In this document: positions 13,553 to 32,589 of the stretch, piece by piece | Layout: each line of letters starts with the position of its first letter | Numbering within the stretch: the stretch's first letter is position 1 | From: Eledone cirrhosa | Taxonomy: Eukaryota | Direction of reading: 5' to 3' | Length of the DNA stretch: 64,000 nt | NCBI GenBank assembly: GCA_964016885.1 | Contig: OZ024743.1 | Span: 364,126,001-364,190,000, forward strand | Notes under the pieces: generated by a model | The model's input: only the letters and a program-made list of their open reading frames with translations | The model's database searches: none | Told to the model about the DNA's origin: nothing | Position numbers and translations under genes: made by a program

Positions 13553-15475
13553 CGTGGAGGGCCTCAGGATAGTAAATAAACTCGGAATTCCCGATAGGAC
13601 CGAGCCTCTAACCCCATGCAACCCCACATTTAACCTGAAGGATCACAAACATAATTTTGAAACAAACCCTACTATTAGATTTATATGCCCATCCAAGTCA
13701 GACATAGGCAAAATTCGCAAGAACATTCTAGATAGGGTAATCGCACAAATAAAGGGTAAACTAGAAATCAATTTATGGGGTATTACTAACGAAGCGATTG
13801 AATGGTTCAATAAAATACAAAATAGGGAGACGTGTAACTTCATACAATTTGATATAGACGACTACTATGCATCCATATCCCCAGCCACCCTAGATAAAGC
13901 GCTTATATTTGCCCAAAATAACTCCGATCTTACCCCTGAGGAAATTGAAATAATAATAGCGGCTAGAAGGACTATCATAAAATTTGAAAATAGCTACTGG
14001 GTAAGAAGAGATAGGATAAACAGCTTCGATATAACAATGGGATCAAATGACTCTGTGCAAATCACAGACATCGTGGGGCTATTCATAGCACACAACCTAC
14101 ATAAGGAATTCAGTAACCTCCAAGGAGGGATTTATAGAGACGACGCGGTCCTTATAGCTAAGAACTTAAACAACCAGAGTATGGAAAGATTAAGAAAAAA
14201 CATTAGAACATTCTTCAAAAACTAGGCCTAAGTATTACCTACGAACTGAACCATAAGAAGATAAACTTTCTAGATGTGACTAAATCTAAATACGGGATTA
14301 ATAGAACCTTTCCACAAAAATAACGAAAATCTGGCCTACATTAGTTATAACTCAAACCACCCCAAATCCATAATCAGATCCATAGCACGTAGTATATCCC
14401 TTCGAATATCCCGCTTATCTTCAAACCTAGAAATCTTTAACGAACATGCTAACTATTATAACGGAGCATTACATAGGGCCGGGCATAAAGATAAACTGCA
14501 GTATATAGCGAATAAAGACAAGGTAAACAATCCTTATAGCAACTATACCAACCGCTCACACAAAAATAGAGGTAACTAGACTAGACATAGGGTTAGGCAC
14601 GTAGCACCTAGAGTGAACGGTCAAAACACTAATAACGTAAACCCAAGAAACAATAGAAGAATCAGAGAAAGAAAATACCTATGGTTCAACCCAATCTTCA
14701 ACTCCTCTGTAAAAACTAGACTGCCTTCTACATTCTTTAAACTAATAGATAAACACTTTCCTATTTCACATAGATATCATAAAATACACAATAGAAATAC
14801 TATAAAACTCTCATACTCTACGGCAGCAAATATAGAATCGCACATACGCAAGATCAACCACAGAAATATCTCTAGGGAATCAGCCCCACCTATGCGCAAC
14901 ATAGCACCAAATTATAAACATAAACACATCACAGTATCACAACCGCAAGTACATACAAGCGCGCAGCAGCAAAACCCCAACGGGCATGAATCACAACCCG
15001 CTTTAGCAGAGTACTAAACAGCAGTGTAGAAGCTGCACGAAATAACACCTCAAATTGTAACTGTCACCTACCGGATATGTGACCATTGGCGAATAGATGT
15101 CGATTCGAGCCTAGTGTATATGTGTACGGTCAACTCAGACAACTCCACCTGGCATTACATTGGATCCACCGCGGGTTCTTTTTTAAAAAAATGGTATGTG
15201 CACAGGCACTCGATGACAAATCGTGCACTTAAGGGTTCTACAACCCTCGCCAAAAAAATATGGGAACTGAAGGACAACAACACTAGCTACAGTATCAACT
15301 GGTCGAGGTTGTCGGCTGCTAAAACCTACAGTACAGGTATGTCCCACTGTAGGCTATGCTCTATAACTACTGTATATCCTTAGAAATGTAAAAAGGCTAC
15401 TTAACAACAAGTTAGAAAGATCTATCTTCTGCAGACACAGCATCGCCACTAAATTCATAAAATTTAAAACTCCGT
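13553..15475 (+). pseudogene. PLE RT plus GIY-YIG, disrupted
   Basis: LKDHKHNF, FIQFDIDDYYASI, FDITMGS, GIYRDDAV, NFLDVT, WFNPIFN, CNCx5(TGA)PL, HYIGST, CRLC, CRH; several stops and frameshifts. Confidence 0.9.
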
Positions 15476-16280
15476 TAATCGAACCGACGTAACATAGCTT
15501 TCAACTAGGAAACCCACTACTCTGCACGAATGACCACAGAAATATAATCATTAAGTACATTCTAGCCTTCTTAGTTCTATACCACACAAATGTCTGTAAG
15601 TACCTCATCAACCCATAAACTTATCTCCTCTCAGCTGCTGTCACCACTTGATCCTAAATCCAAGAACATTTCAAAATACTACTACAACATAACTTTACCT
15701 TCCTCTTGCTATAATTATAGTCAGCATGTTTTCTCTGTGTATGAATGTATGTATTTGTATGTGCGTCTGTGTATATGTGTGTGTATATATATATGTATAT
15801 ATATATATATATAGCCTCCTTAACCTCTGCATTAACTTTCCCATTATTTAGCTTTGTTGGTGTTGTCTTATACATGTATGTTATTGACGATGTGAAATAT
15901 AGACAGCCCTCTCATCTAATATAGACCACACAAATTCCACTACAGTGATAAATACTTCATCGGTCAGATAAAAACCGACTATTACGGCCACCTGACCTAC
16001 ATTGTATAAAAACACCAGCTTATCTTTACACTTGATATAATACACCCAACGACAGTTTTTACATGTCAATTCTATACATCTGCCTCATGTCAGCTAGTTT
16101 TACACGCTAAATTCATAGATATACTATACTTCCCACCTAGATTGATGTTGTGATTATTTCAAATAATTTATTGCTAGCATTGTTGATATTGTTGTTATTG
16201 TTCTAACTGAATGCTATTACTACTACATATAGTAGCCTGTATATTCTTTTCATGCCTGTATATTCTCTTCATTCTCGCAA

Positions 16281-16386
16281 GCTCCGATGAACTGACTGGT
16301 TATAACTTTGTATTGGCGATCGAGTAACGTAAAAATAAGCAGATAGCGATCTCTAGACCTACCAGTTCAGAGAAACAATTGTCAGC
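16281..16386 (+). ncRNA. Hammerhead variant (CCGAUGA core, long stem II)
   Basis: gct CCGATGA actgactggt...accagttcaga GAAA CAATTG TC agc. Confidence 0.65.
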
Positions 16387-16686
16387 AATGAGATTAAAAA
16401 CCTTTTTTGTATAGCAAACCGTGTCACGCTTCTTTCCTGATTTATTATTACTCCAAGTGTTTACAACATAGGAATTAAAGCGTACTCGCAGCATCACTAT
16501 GGAAACGCCTTGTTGGGTCAAACTTAGCCAAGCGTTGATATCATCCACTACCCGGAATACCATAACTGGACTACACCTAAGTGCACTGCATATAACAATT
16601 ATTTGTTACCCCGTATATATATACATATGTATATATACACATATATATATATATATACACATATATATAGATATATATAGATATAT

Positions 16687-16718
<32 letters not shown>

Positions 16719-16720
16719 GG

Positions 16721-16753
<33 letters not shown>

Positions 16754-16758
16754 TATGG

Positions 16759-16983
<225 letters not shown>

Positions 16984-17172
16984 TATATACACATATATAT
17001 AGATATATATATATACACATATATATACATATATATATACACATATATAGATATATATATATACACACATGTATATATACACATATATATATACACACAT
17101 ATATATATATACACATATATATATATATATATATTTATATACACATATATATATATATATTTATATATATAC

Positions 17173-17203
<31 letters not shown>

Positions 17204-17338
17204 CATATGTATATACATATACAAATTTATATATATACATATATATATATATATACATATGTATATACATATACAAATTTATATATATACATATATATAT
17301 ATATACACATATATATATATATACATATGTATATACAT

Positions 17339-17376
<38 letters not shown>

Positions 17377-17425
17377 ATATATATACATATATATATATAC
17401 ATATATATATATACATATATACATT

Positions 17426-19988
17426 TCATCATCATCATCACCGTTTAACGTCCGTGTTCCACGCTTGCATGGGTTTGGACGGGGGTAGTCCCACTTGAGG
17501 CAAGAGTGATTGTCTTGCTCGCATAGGACTGTCTGGCAGGTTTTCTACAGTTGGATGCCCTTCCTAACACCAACCACATTTACAGTGTGGGTCTGGGAGG
17601 TTTTTACCGTGTTGCCTACACGGCCACATTACAGCGTGGACTGTGTGTTTTTTGTCGTGACACCTACACGATCTCATTTGTTTCGGCCTGGATGGTGTGG
17701 CACCAACATAACTTTACATAGAACGGGGTGGCGTGGATGGGTTGGGGGTGGTTGGACGGGGGGGGGGGGGTATTTTTTGTTAGATGCCTACTGGCTGTAG
17801 TAGGTTTTACTATGTATTTAGGTAAGGCGGGTCTTCTCTGTTACTGAGTACCGCCAAAGGTCTCGGTCCAGTGACATTGTCTTGGAGAGGTGTAAGTGTG
17901 TGAGGTCGGAGTTTATCAGCTCGTCCCAGGTTTTTCTAGGTCTGCCTATTCCGTGGCTACCGTCTATCTTTATTGCCCTGCACTTTGTTATACAGCTATC
18001 GACTTTCATGCGCATCACGTGTCCATACCAACGTAGCCTTCTCTCGAGTAAACAACATCTGATCCCTCTTATTTCTAATTTTTTCCTTAGTTCGTTTATG
18101 CTTTGCCGTTCACGTATATTACTGTTACACATCCAGCGGAGCATGCAAGCTTCGTTCCTCTCTAGTCTGCGTATATCCTCTGCACACAATGCCCAGGTCT
18201 CACTGCCATGCAACATTGCTGTTCGTATGCAGGCATCGTACAACCTGCCTTTCATTTTTAGGGAGAACCCTTTAGAAGCTAATAGTGGTATAAGCTCTCT
18301 GAACTTTTTCCAACCAGTTCTGACTCTAGCTACTGTACTTTCAGAGCACCCTCCCCCACTGCTGATTTTATCACCCAGGTAACGGAAACTGTCCACTATT
18401 TCTATAGAACCCTCTGCGCAATTGAAAGAGCTAGTATTTTGTGGGCACTTGCTGCTACTTATTGCACCAGAGCACCGGCCACATGTAAAATCTATGTTCT
18501 TAGTTAGCTTACCTGTGATCCCACTACATCTTTTATGCACCCATACTTTGCATTTAGGACATAAAATGGAGTTTCTACCTACGCCTTTCCTACACACCGA
18601 GCACGACCATTTCCCAGAAGGGACCGCCGCCTTATTTTCTTTCCTACAAACTAGAACTTTAGTCTTAGCCAGGTTAATTTTAAGGCCTTTTGATTCTAGG
18701 CCGTGCTTCCATGTTTGGAATTTCTTCTCTAGCTCGGCCATTGATTCCGCTATGAGTGTCAGGTCGTCTGCGTATAGGAGTTCCCATGGGCAGCCGGTCT
18801 TGAACTCCTCTGTTATAGCCTGAAGGGCAATAATAAATAGTAGGGGGCTGAGAACAGAGCCCTGATGGACGCCAACTTTTATGCTAAACTCTTCACTATA
18901 TTCGTTGTTAATTCTAACCTTGCTGACTGTTTCTTTATACATGGCTTGTATAGCTCTCACAAGCCATTCGTCAACGCCTAGTTTTCTAAGAGCCCACCAG
19001 ATAATGGAGCGGGGACTCTGTCGAAGGCTTTCTCCAAGTCGACAAAAGCTAAGTAGAGGAGTTTACCTTTAGCTAGATACTTCTCCTATAGTTGTCGTAC
19101 AATGAAAAGAGCGTCTGTGGTACTTTTGCCTGACACAAACCCGAACTGCATTTCATCTAGGTCAATTCTCTCTCTGATTAGTTGTGCTATTACTTTTTCC
19201 GTGACCTTCATGACCTGGTCGATTAATTTAATGCCTCTATAGTTACTCCTATCTAGGGCGTCTCCTTTACCCTTATAACAGTTAACGATGATGCTGCTAT
19301 GCCAGTCCTTCGGAACAACCCCATTCTGTACGACTTGGTTAACTATGCGGGTGACCATGGTGTGTCCCACCGTGCCAGATGCCTTCAGCATCTCAGCAAC
19401 TATTTCCGAAGGCCCAGCCGCCTTACCCGTCTTCATATCCTTGATTGCCTTACTTATTATACTCCCCTCGACTAACACTGCTGGTCCCTCTATTGGGTCG
19501 ATATAGGGGAGACTGTCTTTCTCCCATTTATTCTCCTCATTTAGTAGCCTTTCATAGTGACACTTCCAAGCTACCTTCTTATCAGCGTCGGTGATGGCAA
19601 GTGTGCCATCGTCGTTTAGTACACACTTCTCCCCGACAATATCACGGTTTTCCTTGACGCATTGCCTAGCAATCCTGAACACCTCACGTTTTTGGTCATC
19701 GCGTTGTAGAACATGCTTGAACTTTCTTTCCTCAGCTTCCCTTCTTGCTAAGTACACTTGTCTCCTAGCTTCCCTCCTGGCCACTTGATAGTCTTCTCTA
19801 CTTCCCCCATCCCGCCATACTTTCCAAGCCTGCTTTTTGGCCTTAATTGACCCCTCCACCTTACTGTTCCACCACCATGTTACTCTCCTCCTGCCTACAG
19901 GCCTGCTCCAGCCACAGACTTCGTCTGTCGCCAACAGCAGGTTTGCTTTCAGAAATTCCCACTCTCCCTCTATATTGTCCGACTCTAA
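17426..19988 (-). mobile_element. 5'-truncated RTE-clade LINE with (GAT)n tail
   Basis: RT motifs NYRGIKL, QFGF, GVHQGSVLSPLLF, LLYADDL, FRYLG, RRLRWYGHV, GRPRKTW; embedded PHD-like CxxC...CxxC...HxxC...CxxC; frameshifts ~18960-19090; ~390 nt 3' UTR. Confidence 0.93.
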
Positions 19989-19991
19989 ATG

Positions 19992-20079
<88 letters not shown>

Positions 20080-20157
20080 TATATACACATATATATATAT
20101 ATATACACATATATATATATAAACATATATATATATATATACACACATATATATATA

Positions 20158-20343
20158 TTGAAAATTGCAAACTTGACTGTCACCACACATTATGAACCTG
20201 AAGATTGCGAAAGCATGAAAGTACTTGTTCAATTAATACTTAACATTTAATATTCTACCATACTATTTCATTCTAATACCATTATAAATTTTAAAAGATT
20301 GTAAATAAAACGAGTAAATCAGACAAAGTTGGAATTCCTTTTA

Positions 20344-20348
<5 letters not shown>
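20158..20348 (+). mobile_element. PLE pLTR fragment with hammerhead at 20193-20231
   Basis: tgaac CTGAAGA ttgc gaaa gcat GAAA GTAC TT gttca; family copies at 21978-22150 (+) and 27680-27870 (-). Confidence 0.8.
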
Positions 20349-20377
<29 letters not shown>

Positions 20378-20499
20378 CATATATATATATATATATGTAT
20401 ATACATATATATATACATATATATACATATATATATATATACATATATATACATATATATACATATATATATATACATATATATATATATACATATATA

Positions 20500-20850
20500 T
20501 GGAAAGTTATATTTAAATTGTTGGGTTAACAACGAGTAAATATTTATAACTGATATAAAAGCACTTAACAAGTATTTGGAGTATATTTATGATATTAAAT
20601 AAATGGAAACTATATTTATAAAACCATATTTATTTCATTATATATATTTCAGGGATATCATATTAACAATATGTTATGCCTTCATCAGACAAAATACAAT
20701 ATAAACAGTCTTATAAATAAATAGATATGACATACCTTTCAATCGACTTGCATTTGGGAAGTTGATTTGGCAGTAAAAAATATTGTGGACAGTTGTAAAA
20801 AGAAAGAGAGAAAGCAAGAAAGAAAGAAAAACGAAGAAAAAGAAGAAATG
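20500..20850 (-). mobile_element. PLE pLTR fragment with hammerhead at 20631-20696
   Basis: Homologous to 10230-10470; CTGATGA...GAAA TATATA TA. Confidence 0.75.
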
Positions 20851-20931
20851 CATATATATACATATATATATATATACATATATATACATATATATATATA
20901 TACATATATATACATATATACATATATATAC

Positions 20932-20964
<33 letters not shown>

Positions 20965-21045
20965 CATATATATACATATACATATATATATATATACATA
21001 TATATACATATACATATATATATATATACATATATATACATATAC

Positions 21046-21076
<31 letters not shown>

Positions 21077-21091
21077 CATATATATATATAC

Positions 21092-21126
<35 letters not shown>

Positions 21127-21151
21127 CATATATATACATATATATATATAC

Positions 21152-21186
<35 letters not shown>

Positions 21187-21227
21187 CATATATATACATA
21201 TATATATATACATATATATATATATAC

Positions 21228-21260
<33 letters not shown>

Positions 21261-21419
21261 CATATATATACATATATATACATATATATATACATATATA
21301 TACATATATATATATACATATACATATATATATACATATATATATATATACATATATATACATATATATATATACACATATATATACATATATATACATA
21401 TACATATATACATATACAT

Positions 21420-21884
21420 ATATTGTTATACTTTGGGAGGGTCATGTTGCCAATAAGAAACACACGCACCAGTTGCTTTCACTTCAATTTATTATATATT
21501 TATAAATTTACAAATTCATAAATTTATAAATTTCTGGTTGGTTGGTGGGTTCCACAACTAGATAGTTGTTTATATATAGTCATAGTCCTTTCGTCACACA
21601 CTCTGTGACCTCTTCAGTGACTGGGGATTCCTTTCTTTGTTTCTGTGCCTCTCCTTTTTTCTGTCCTACGCCATTTTGTTTCTGTGTGTGTGTTGTCTCC
21701 AGTCACTGAAGAGGTGTGACGAAAGGAATATGACTATATATAAACAACTATCTGGTTGTGGAACCAACCAACCAACCAGAAATTTATAAATTTGTAAATT
21801 TATAAATATATAATAAATTGAAGTGAAAGCAACTGGTGCGTGTGTTTCTTATTGGCAACATGACCCTCCCAAAGTATAACAATA
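21420..21884. mobile_element. Inverted pLTR pair, each arm with a hammerhead motif (21578-21622 -, 21701-21735 +)
   Basis: ~200 bp arms; agtca CTGAAGA g gtcaca...tgtgac GAAA GGAC TA tgact; terminal piece repeated at 40355-40392. Confidence 0.8.
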
Positions 21885-21977
21885 TCGGTTTCAACACACG
21901 ATTTTTGTGTGTGTGTGTGTGTGTGTGTGAGTGTGAGTGTGAGTGTGAATGTGAGTGTGAGTGTGAGTGTGTGTGTG

Positions 21978-22150
21978 TGTCACCACACAATATGAGCCTG
22001 AAGATTGCGAAAGCATGAAAGGTTTTGTTCAATTATCCCTTAGCATTTAATATTCTACCATACTATTTCATTCTAATACCATTATAAATTTTAAAGGACT
22101 GTAAATAAAACGAATCAGTAAGACAAAGTTGTAATTCCTTTTATTAATAT
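21978..22150 (+). mobile_element. PLE pLTR fragment (family of 20158)
   Basis: High similarity to 20180-20348; HHR stem III degraded. Confidence 0.75.
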
Positions 22151-22219
22151 AATTTTCTATGCACAATCATACACACTCGTGTATATCTATCTATCTATCT
22201 ATCTCTCTCTCTCTCTCTA

Positions 22220-23294
22220 CGTATTCCTCACCGGACAACCGGTGTGGGCCCCGTTCGTGAGGCGAGCCTTCCCACGACTCGTCTCGCTGACCGAGCTGCA
22301 GTCCTGGGTGAAGCAGAGACCGAGGAAAATGGGCGACTGGCACATCGAATGTGCTCAGGCGCTCACAGCCCTCTGGCAGGCGGGCCCGGCGATCAGTGGA
22401 GACTCCACTTCGTCATTCTATAGAGGGTTGGTCCGCAGCAAGTGCGACGACGCGCTCAGTGAAACTCTAGGCGTAGAGGAAGATGAACTGGACAGTCTGT
22501 TCGGTAGGACCTTCCGCCCGGGACCGAAGGACAACTTCCAAAAGTCCCTGGCCTGGCAGTGCTACCGAGGAGCTCTACCAGTTCGAGACAAGCTCTACAG
22601 ACATGGGCGCCCGGGCAGTGACCCTGCAAAAAAGATCTGTCCGAGGTGCGTGCGAGACGAAGAAACCGTCGCGCACGCATTCATACACTGCCCGGGCGTC
22701 ACTGACCTGTGGGGCTATGTAGAACGACTATTGTCGCGGGTGGGACCAATCCAGTTGACCACCGAGTCCATTGTCATGATCAAACCGCCACCCTCCTTCA
22801 AAAACGAAGGAGAGGCGGTTTTCCTTTGTGTGATAGCTATGGCGAAAGAGGTTGTATGGTGGACAAGGTTGAAAGGGCTGAGGTCAGACACCTTTCTCTC
22901 CGGCCAACAACTAATTCTTTTTTTCAAATACCACTTTGGAAGAAGAATCAGGATGGAGAGAGAGGTGCTGTACCCCAGCAAGTTTTATGAAAGGTGGGTG
23001 AAAGTGGCGAGAATGGCCCGAGTGAATGGGCCTTCTCTCTATATCAGCCTGTAGGTTGAGGAAAAGGAGGAGGAGAGGAAAGGAGTACAAGCTCTTCGTA
23101 CTCCTGGAGATGAGGGTTGCACATTTTTTTTTCGGGGGTATGTGTTACCCATATAAACTGTCTCCCTCTACTGGGGAAAATCGACTAACTTTTAAATTCC
23201 ATCTGTGATAACATTTTACACGTTTTTATTGTATGTAAACTTCCCCCTTTGTATTTGTCCCCTTCTTTTGTGCCCCTGTGGCTAATAAAGAAAT
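22220..23294 (+). mobile_element. L1/Tx1-clade LINE 3' fragment
   Basis: Open frame to 23054 with zf-RVT-like LAWQCYRGALPVRDKL...CPRC...ETVAHAFIHC...LW; 3' UTR ending CTAATAAAGAAA. Confidence 0.88.
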
Positions 23295-23306
23295 ATATCT
23301 ATCTAT

Positions 23307-26220
<2,914 letters not shown>

Positions 26221-26339
26221 ATTTTTTTTACTGGTAATAAGGTAGTAATGAGTTACTGGCCTTTCCTGTTTATAGTTGTTTATAGTGTATATATAACTAT
26301 AAATAATATTATTATATATGTACATATATATATATATAT

Positions 26340-26541
26340 TCATTTATCTATATCAAACGTAAAACTAATATATTTCTTTAATGTACTGTCGTTTCCTTTG
26401 TTATTTCTGTTTGCTTTTTGCATAGACATACATGTGTATATATATACATATATGTCTATGCAAAAAGCAAACAGAAATAACAAAGGAAACGACAGTACAT
26501 TGAATAAATATATTAGTTTTACGTTTGATATAGATAAATGA
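26340..26541. repeat. Near-perfect ~200 bp palindrome centred on a short TA run
   Basis: CATTTATCTATATCAAACGTAAAACTAA... / ...TTAGTTTTACGTTTGATATAGATAAATG. Confidence 0.9.
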
Positions 26542-26648
<107 letters not shown>

Positions 26649-26679
26649 TGTGTGTGCGTGTGTGTATATATATATACAT

Positions 26680-27489
26680 TATAACCTCTAATATTTTATA
26701 TATCTCTATCTTTCACTTTCTATCTTTCTATTTCTCTCCCTAAATTTATTTCATCTCTGGCATTTTATCTTATTTTATCTTTTCATATCATTTTCACTTC
26801 TAATTTAACCTACAACTAATTAATAAAATAATTAATTAATTATGTAATTAATTTATTAAAACAACCAATACACACATAAATATATTAAACATTATCATGT
26901 TTATACCTTCGTATCTCTCTATATTTTAACCACTCTCAATAACCATTCAATAATGTTAATAATTTAAATTTTCTTCGCACATTTTTACTTATTTATTTTC
27001 ATATTTTATATTATTTTCTATCATCCTCGATGTAACTTGTTTATTTATTTACATTTATTCATGTATTAACATTTATTCATTTATTGTTGTTATCATTATT
27101 TTCCCTGTTTTTCTTTCTCTCTACCTTTATTTCTCCTTTATCCTTTTCTCTCCTCTTTCTCTCCTCCTTTCTCTCTATCTTTCTCTGTTTTCCTTTCTCC
27201 TTTTTCTTTTTCCTTTTTGATTCTTTCTTTTATCTATCTCTCGTTCTCTTTTTTTCTCTCTATCTTTATTATCAATATTATTAATGATGCTGTAATTTGA
27301 ATTTGTAAATCTAACGGTTTTATAGTACTTATCTCCGATGATCTGATTAAGCTAACATCGTATTTGAAATTGAGTGGCACTGCTTCTAGTTTTCAGCAAT
27401 TTTTAGACAACTTAATCAGTGAGACAATTGTCAGACTGTAAATAAATCCCTTTTTTTGTACTGTTGACCATGTTATTCTTCACTTTTTC

Positions 27490-27495
<6 letters not shown>
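26680..27495 (+). mobile_element. Non-coding PLE-like 3' region with degenerate hammerhead at 27332-27435
   Basis: tct CCGATGA t ctgattaag...cttaatcag t GAGA CAATTG TC aga, then AATAAA. Confidence 0.55.
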
Positions 27496-27557
<62 letters not shown>

Positions 27558-27572
27558 GTATATATATATATG

Positions 27573-27603
<31 letters not shown>

Positions 27604-27679
27604 GTATATATATATATGTATATATATATATATGTATATATATATGTATATATATATATATGTATATATGTATATATAT

Positions 27680-28330
27680 ATTAATAAGAGGAATTCCAAC
27701 TTTGTCTGATTTACTCGTTTTATTTACAATCCTTTAAAATTTATAATGGTATTATAATGAAATAGTATGATAGAATATTAAATTCTAAGTGTTAATTTAA
27801 CAAGTACTTTCATGCTTTCGCAATCTTCAGGTTCATAATATGTGGTGACAGTCAAGTTTGCAATTTTCAACTGTAATGAGATGGGTAAATTTTGTACCTT
27901 ATATACAGTGAAAAGTGGCCCCAGAATGCTAAATCTTGCAAACTGTATTTCGACCAATCAGTGTGTAGTTTCACTGAATTACTAAAGCTGATTAGTTTAT
28001 GCGTCACGGCTGGTTGAGCATGTCTAACGACCAATAATTAATCATATTCAAAGCATCAATTGTTTTTGCTATTTTTAGAAATGATGAAAATAGCATTTTC
28101 TAGTAATCATCACCATCAACATCACTTTTATTATTATTATTGTTGTTGTTGTTGTTGTTGTAGTTGTTGGTGGTGGTCGTAGTCGACATGGTCGTAGTCA
28201 TAGTCAAAGTAATACCCCTAAGCGTTATTATTGTTCATTTAGCTTGGGTTTGAATTTATCAATAAAATTCTTTTCTTTGATTTTTCTCTTGATTTCACTT
28301 GGGCTGTGTAATTTGTAGAATGGGATTATT
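27680..28330 (-). mobile_element. PLE 3' end: ORF terminus plus pLTR with hammerhead (27797-27835)
   Basis: IIPFYKL...[17 protein letters not shown] resembles GIY-YIG C-termini; the pLTR is the family of 20158. Confidence 0.75.
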
Positions 28331-28375
28331 ATATATATATATGTATATATATATATGTATATATATATGTATATA

Positions 28376-28523
<148 letters not shown>

Positions 28524-28667
28524 TGTATATATATATGTATATATATATATACATATATGTATATAAATATGTATATATATATATACATATATGTATATAT
28601 ATATGTATATATATATGTATATATATATATGTATATATATGTATATATATATACATATATATATTTA

Positions 28668-28812
28668 TTAAAATAACAGATTAAAGTTTAAGCAAAGAAT
28701 CGCTGCTTTCACCCTTAATAAATATTTGCTCTACGGTTCTTATATATTTGATATATATTTATCCTTATCGAGCCCTCTTTGGATTTTAGACTTCAAATTT
28801 ATTATTATTACT
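28668..28812. mobile_element. Internally deleted copy of the 55215-55425 hairpin element
   Basis: The left arm is joined directly to the sequence that follows the right arm in the other copy. Confidence 0.7.
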
Positions 28813-28921
28813 ATATATACATATATATATATATATATATAAATATATATATATGTATATATATGTATATATATATATATATGTATATATATGTATATAT
28901 GTATATATATGTATATATATG

Positions 28922-28955
<34 letters not shown>

Positions 28956-29124
28956 TGTATATATATGTATATATATGTATATATATATATGTATATATAT
29001 GTATATATATGTATATATATATATGTATATATATGTATATATATGTATATATATATATATGTATATATGTATATATATGTATCTATATATATATATATAT
29101 ACATATACGTATCTATATATATAC

Positions 29125-29168
<44 letters not shown>

Positions 29169-29263
29169 ATCTATACATATATATATATATATATACAAAC
29201 ATATATACATATATATGTATGTATATATATATATGTATATATATATGTATGTATATATATATG

Positions 29264-29299
<36 letters not shown>

Positions 29300-29354
29300 C
29301 AGATACGTATCTATATATATATACATATACATATATATATATATAAATATATAC

Positions 29355-29412
<58 letters not shown>

Positions 29413-29473
29413 CATATAGAAATGGCTCCTACAGGACTAGAACTGTTTTATTCGGGAGAAATATATATATATA

Positions 29474-29748
29474 CAAGGGGTGTCTGCAAAGTTCATAGGC
29501 CGACTATGAAAGAGTGAAATCGTGCATGCATTAATTTCAAGTCTTCTTATTAATTGTTTCTACGTTAGGCACAAGGCCAGCAATTACCCAGTGCATTACT
29601 GGTACTTTATTTTATCGACCCCGTAAGGATGAAAGGCAAAGTCTTCTTATTAATAACTGCATTGTTTTTTTCTAGAAACTATGTTGAAAAATAAAGCACC
29701 TCCATGGGAGTATCTTGCTCAGCCTATGAACTTTTCAGCCGAACCTCA
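29474..29748. mobile_element. Tc1/mariner-type MITE containing a SINE fragment (29555-29640, -)
   Basis: TA-flanked imperfect TIRs CAAGGGGTGTCTGCAAAGTTCATAGGCCGA / TCAGCCTATGAACTTTTCAGCCGAACCTCA; the SINE piece is flanked by a direct repeat GTCTTCTTATTAAT. Confidence 0.72.
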
Positions 29749-29754
29749 TATCTA

Positions 29755-32406
<2,652 letters not shown>

Positions 32407-32436
32407 TTTATTATTATTATTATTATTATTATTCAA

Positions 32437-32570
32437 AGTTAATCCCGCCGAGGTTAACTTTGCCTTTCATCCTTACGGAGTCGATAAAATAAAGTACCAG
32501 TCACGCACTGGGGTTAATTTAAACGACTTTCCCCTCCTCCCAAAATTGTTGGCCTTGTGTGTATATAAGA
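32437..32570 (+). mobile_element. SINE family B fragment
   Basis: CCCGCCGAGGTTAACTTTGCCTTTCATCCTTACGGAGTCGATAAAATAAAGTACCAG core. Confidence 0.8.
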
Positions 32571-32589
32571 AATTATTATAATTATACTG

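Larger units (their letters stand above)
13553..16612 (+). mobile_element. 5'-truncated Naiad-like Penelope element
   Basis: Coding relic, long 3' UTR and an HHR variant at 16281. Confidence 0.85.
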
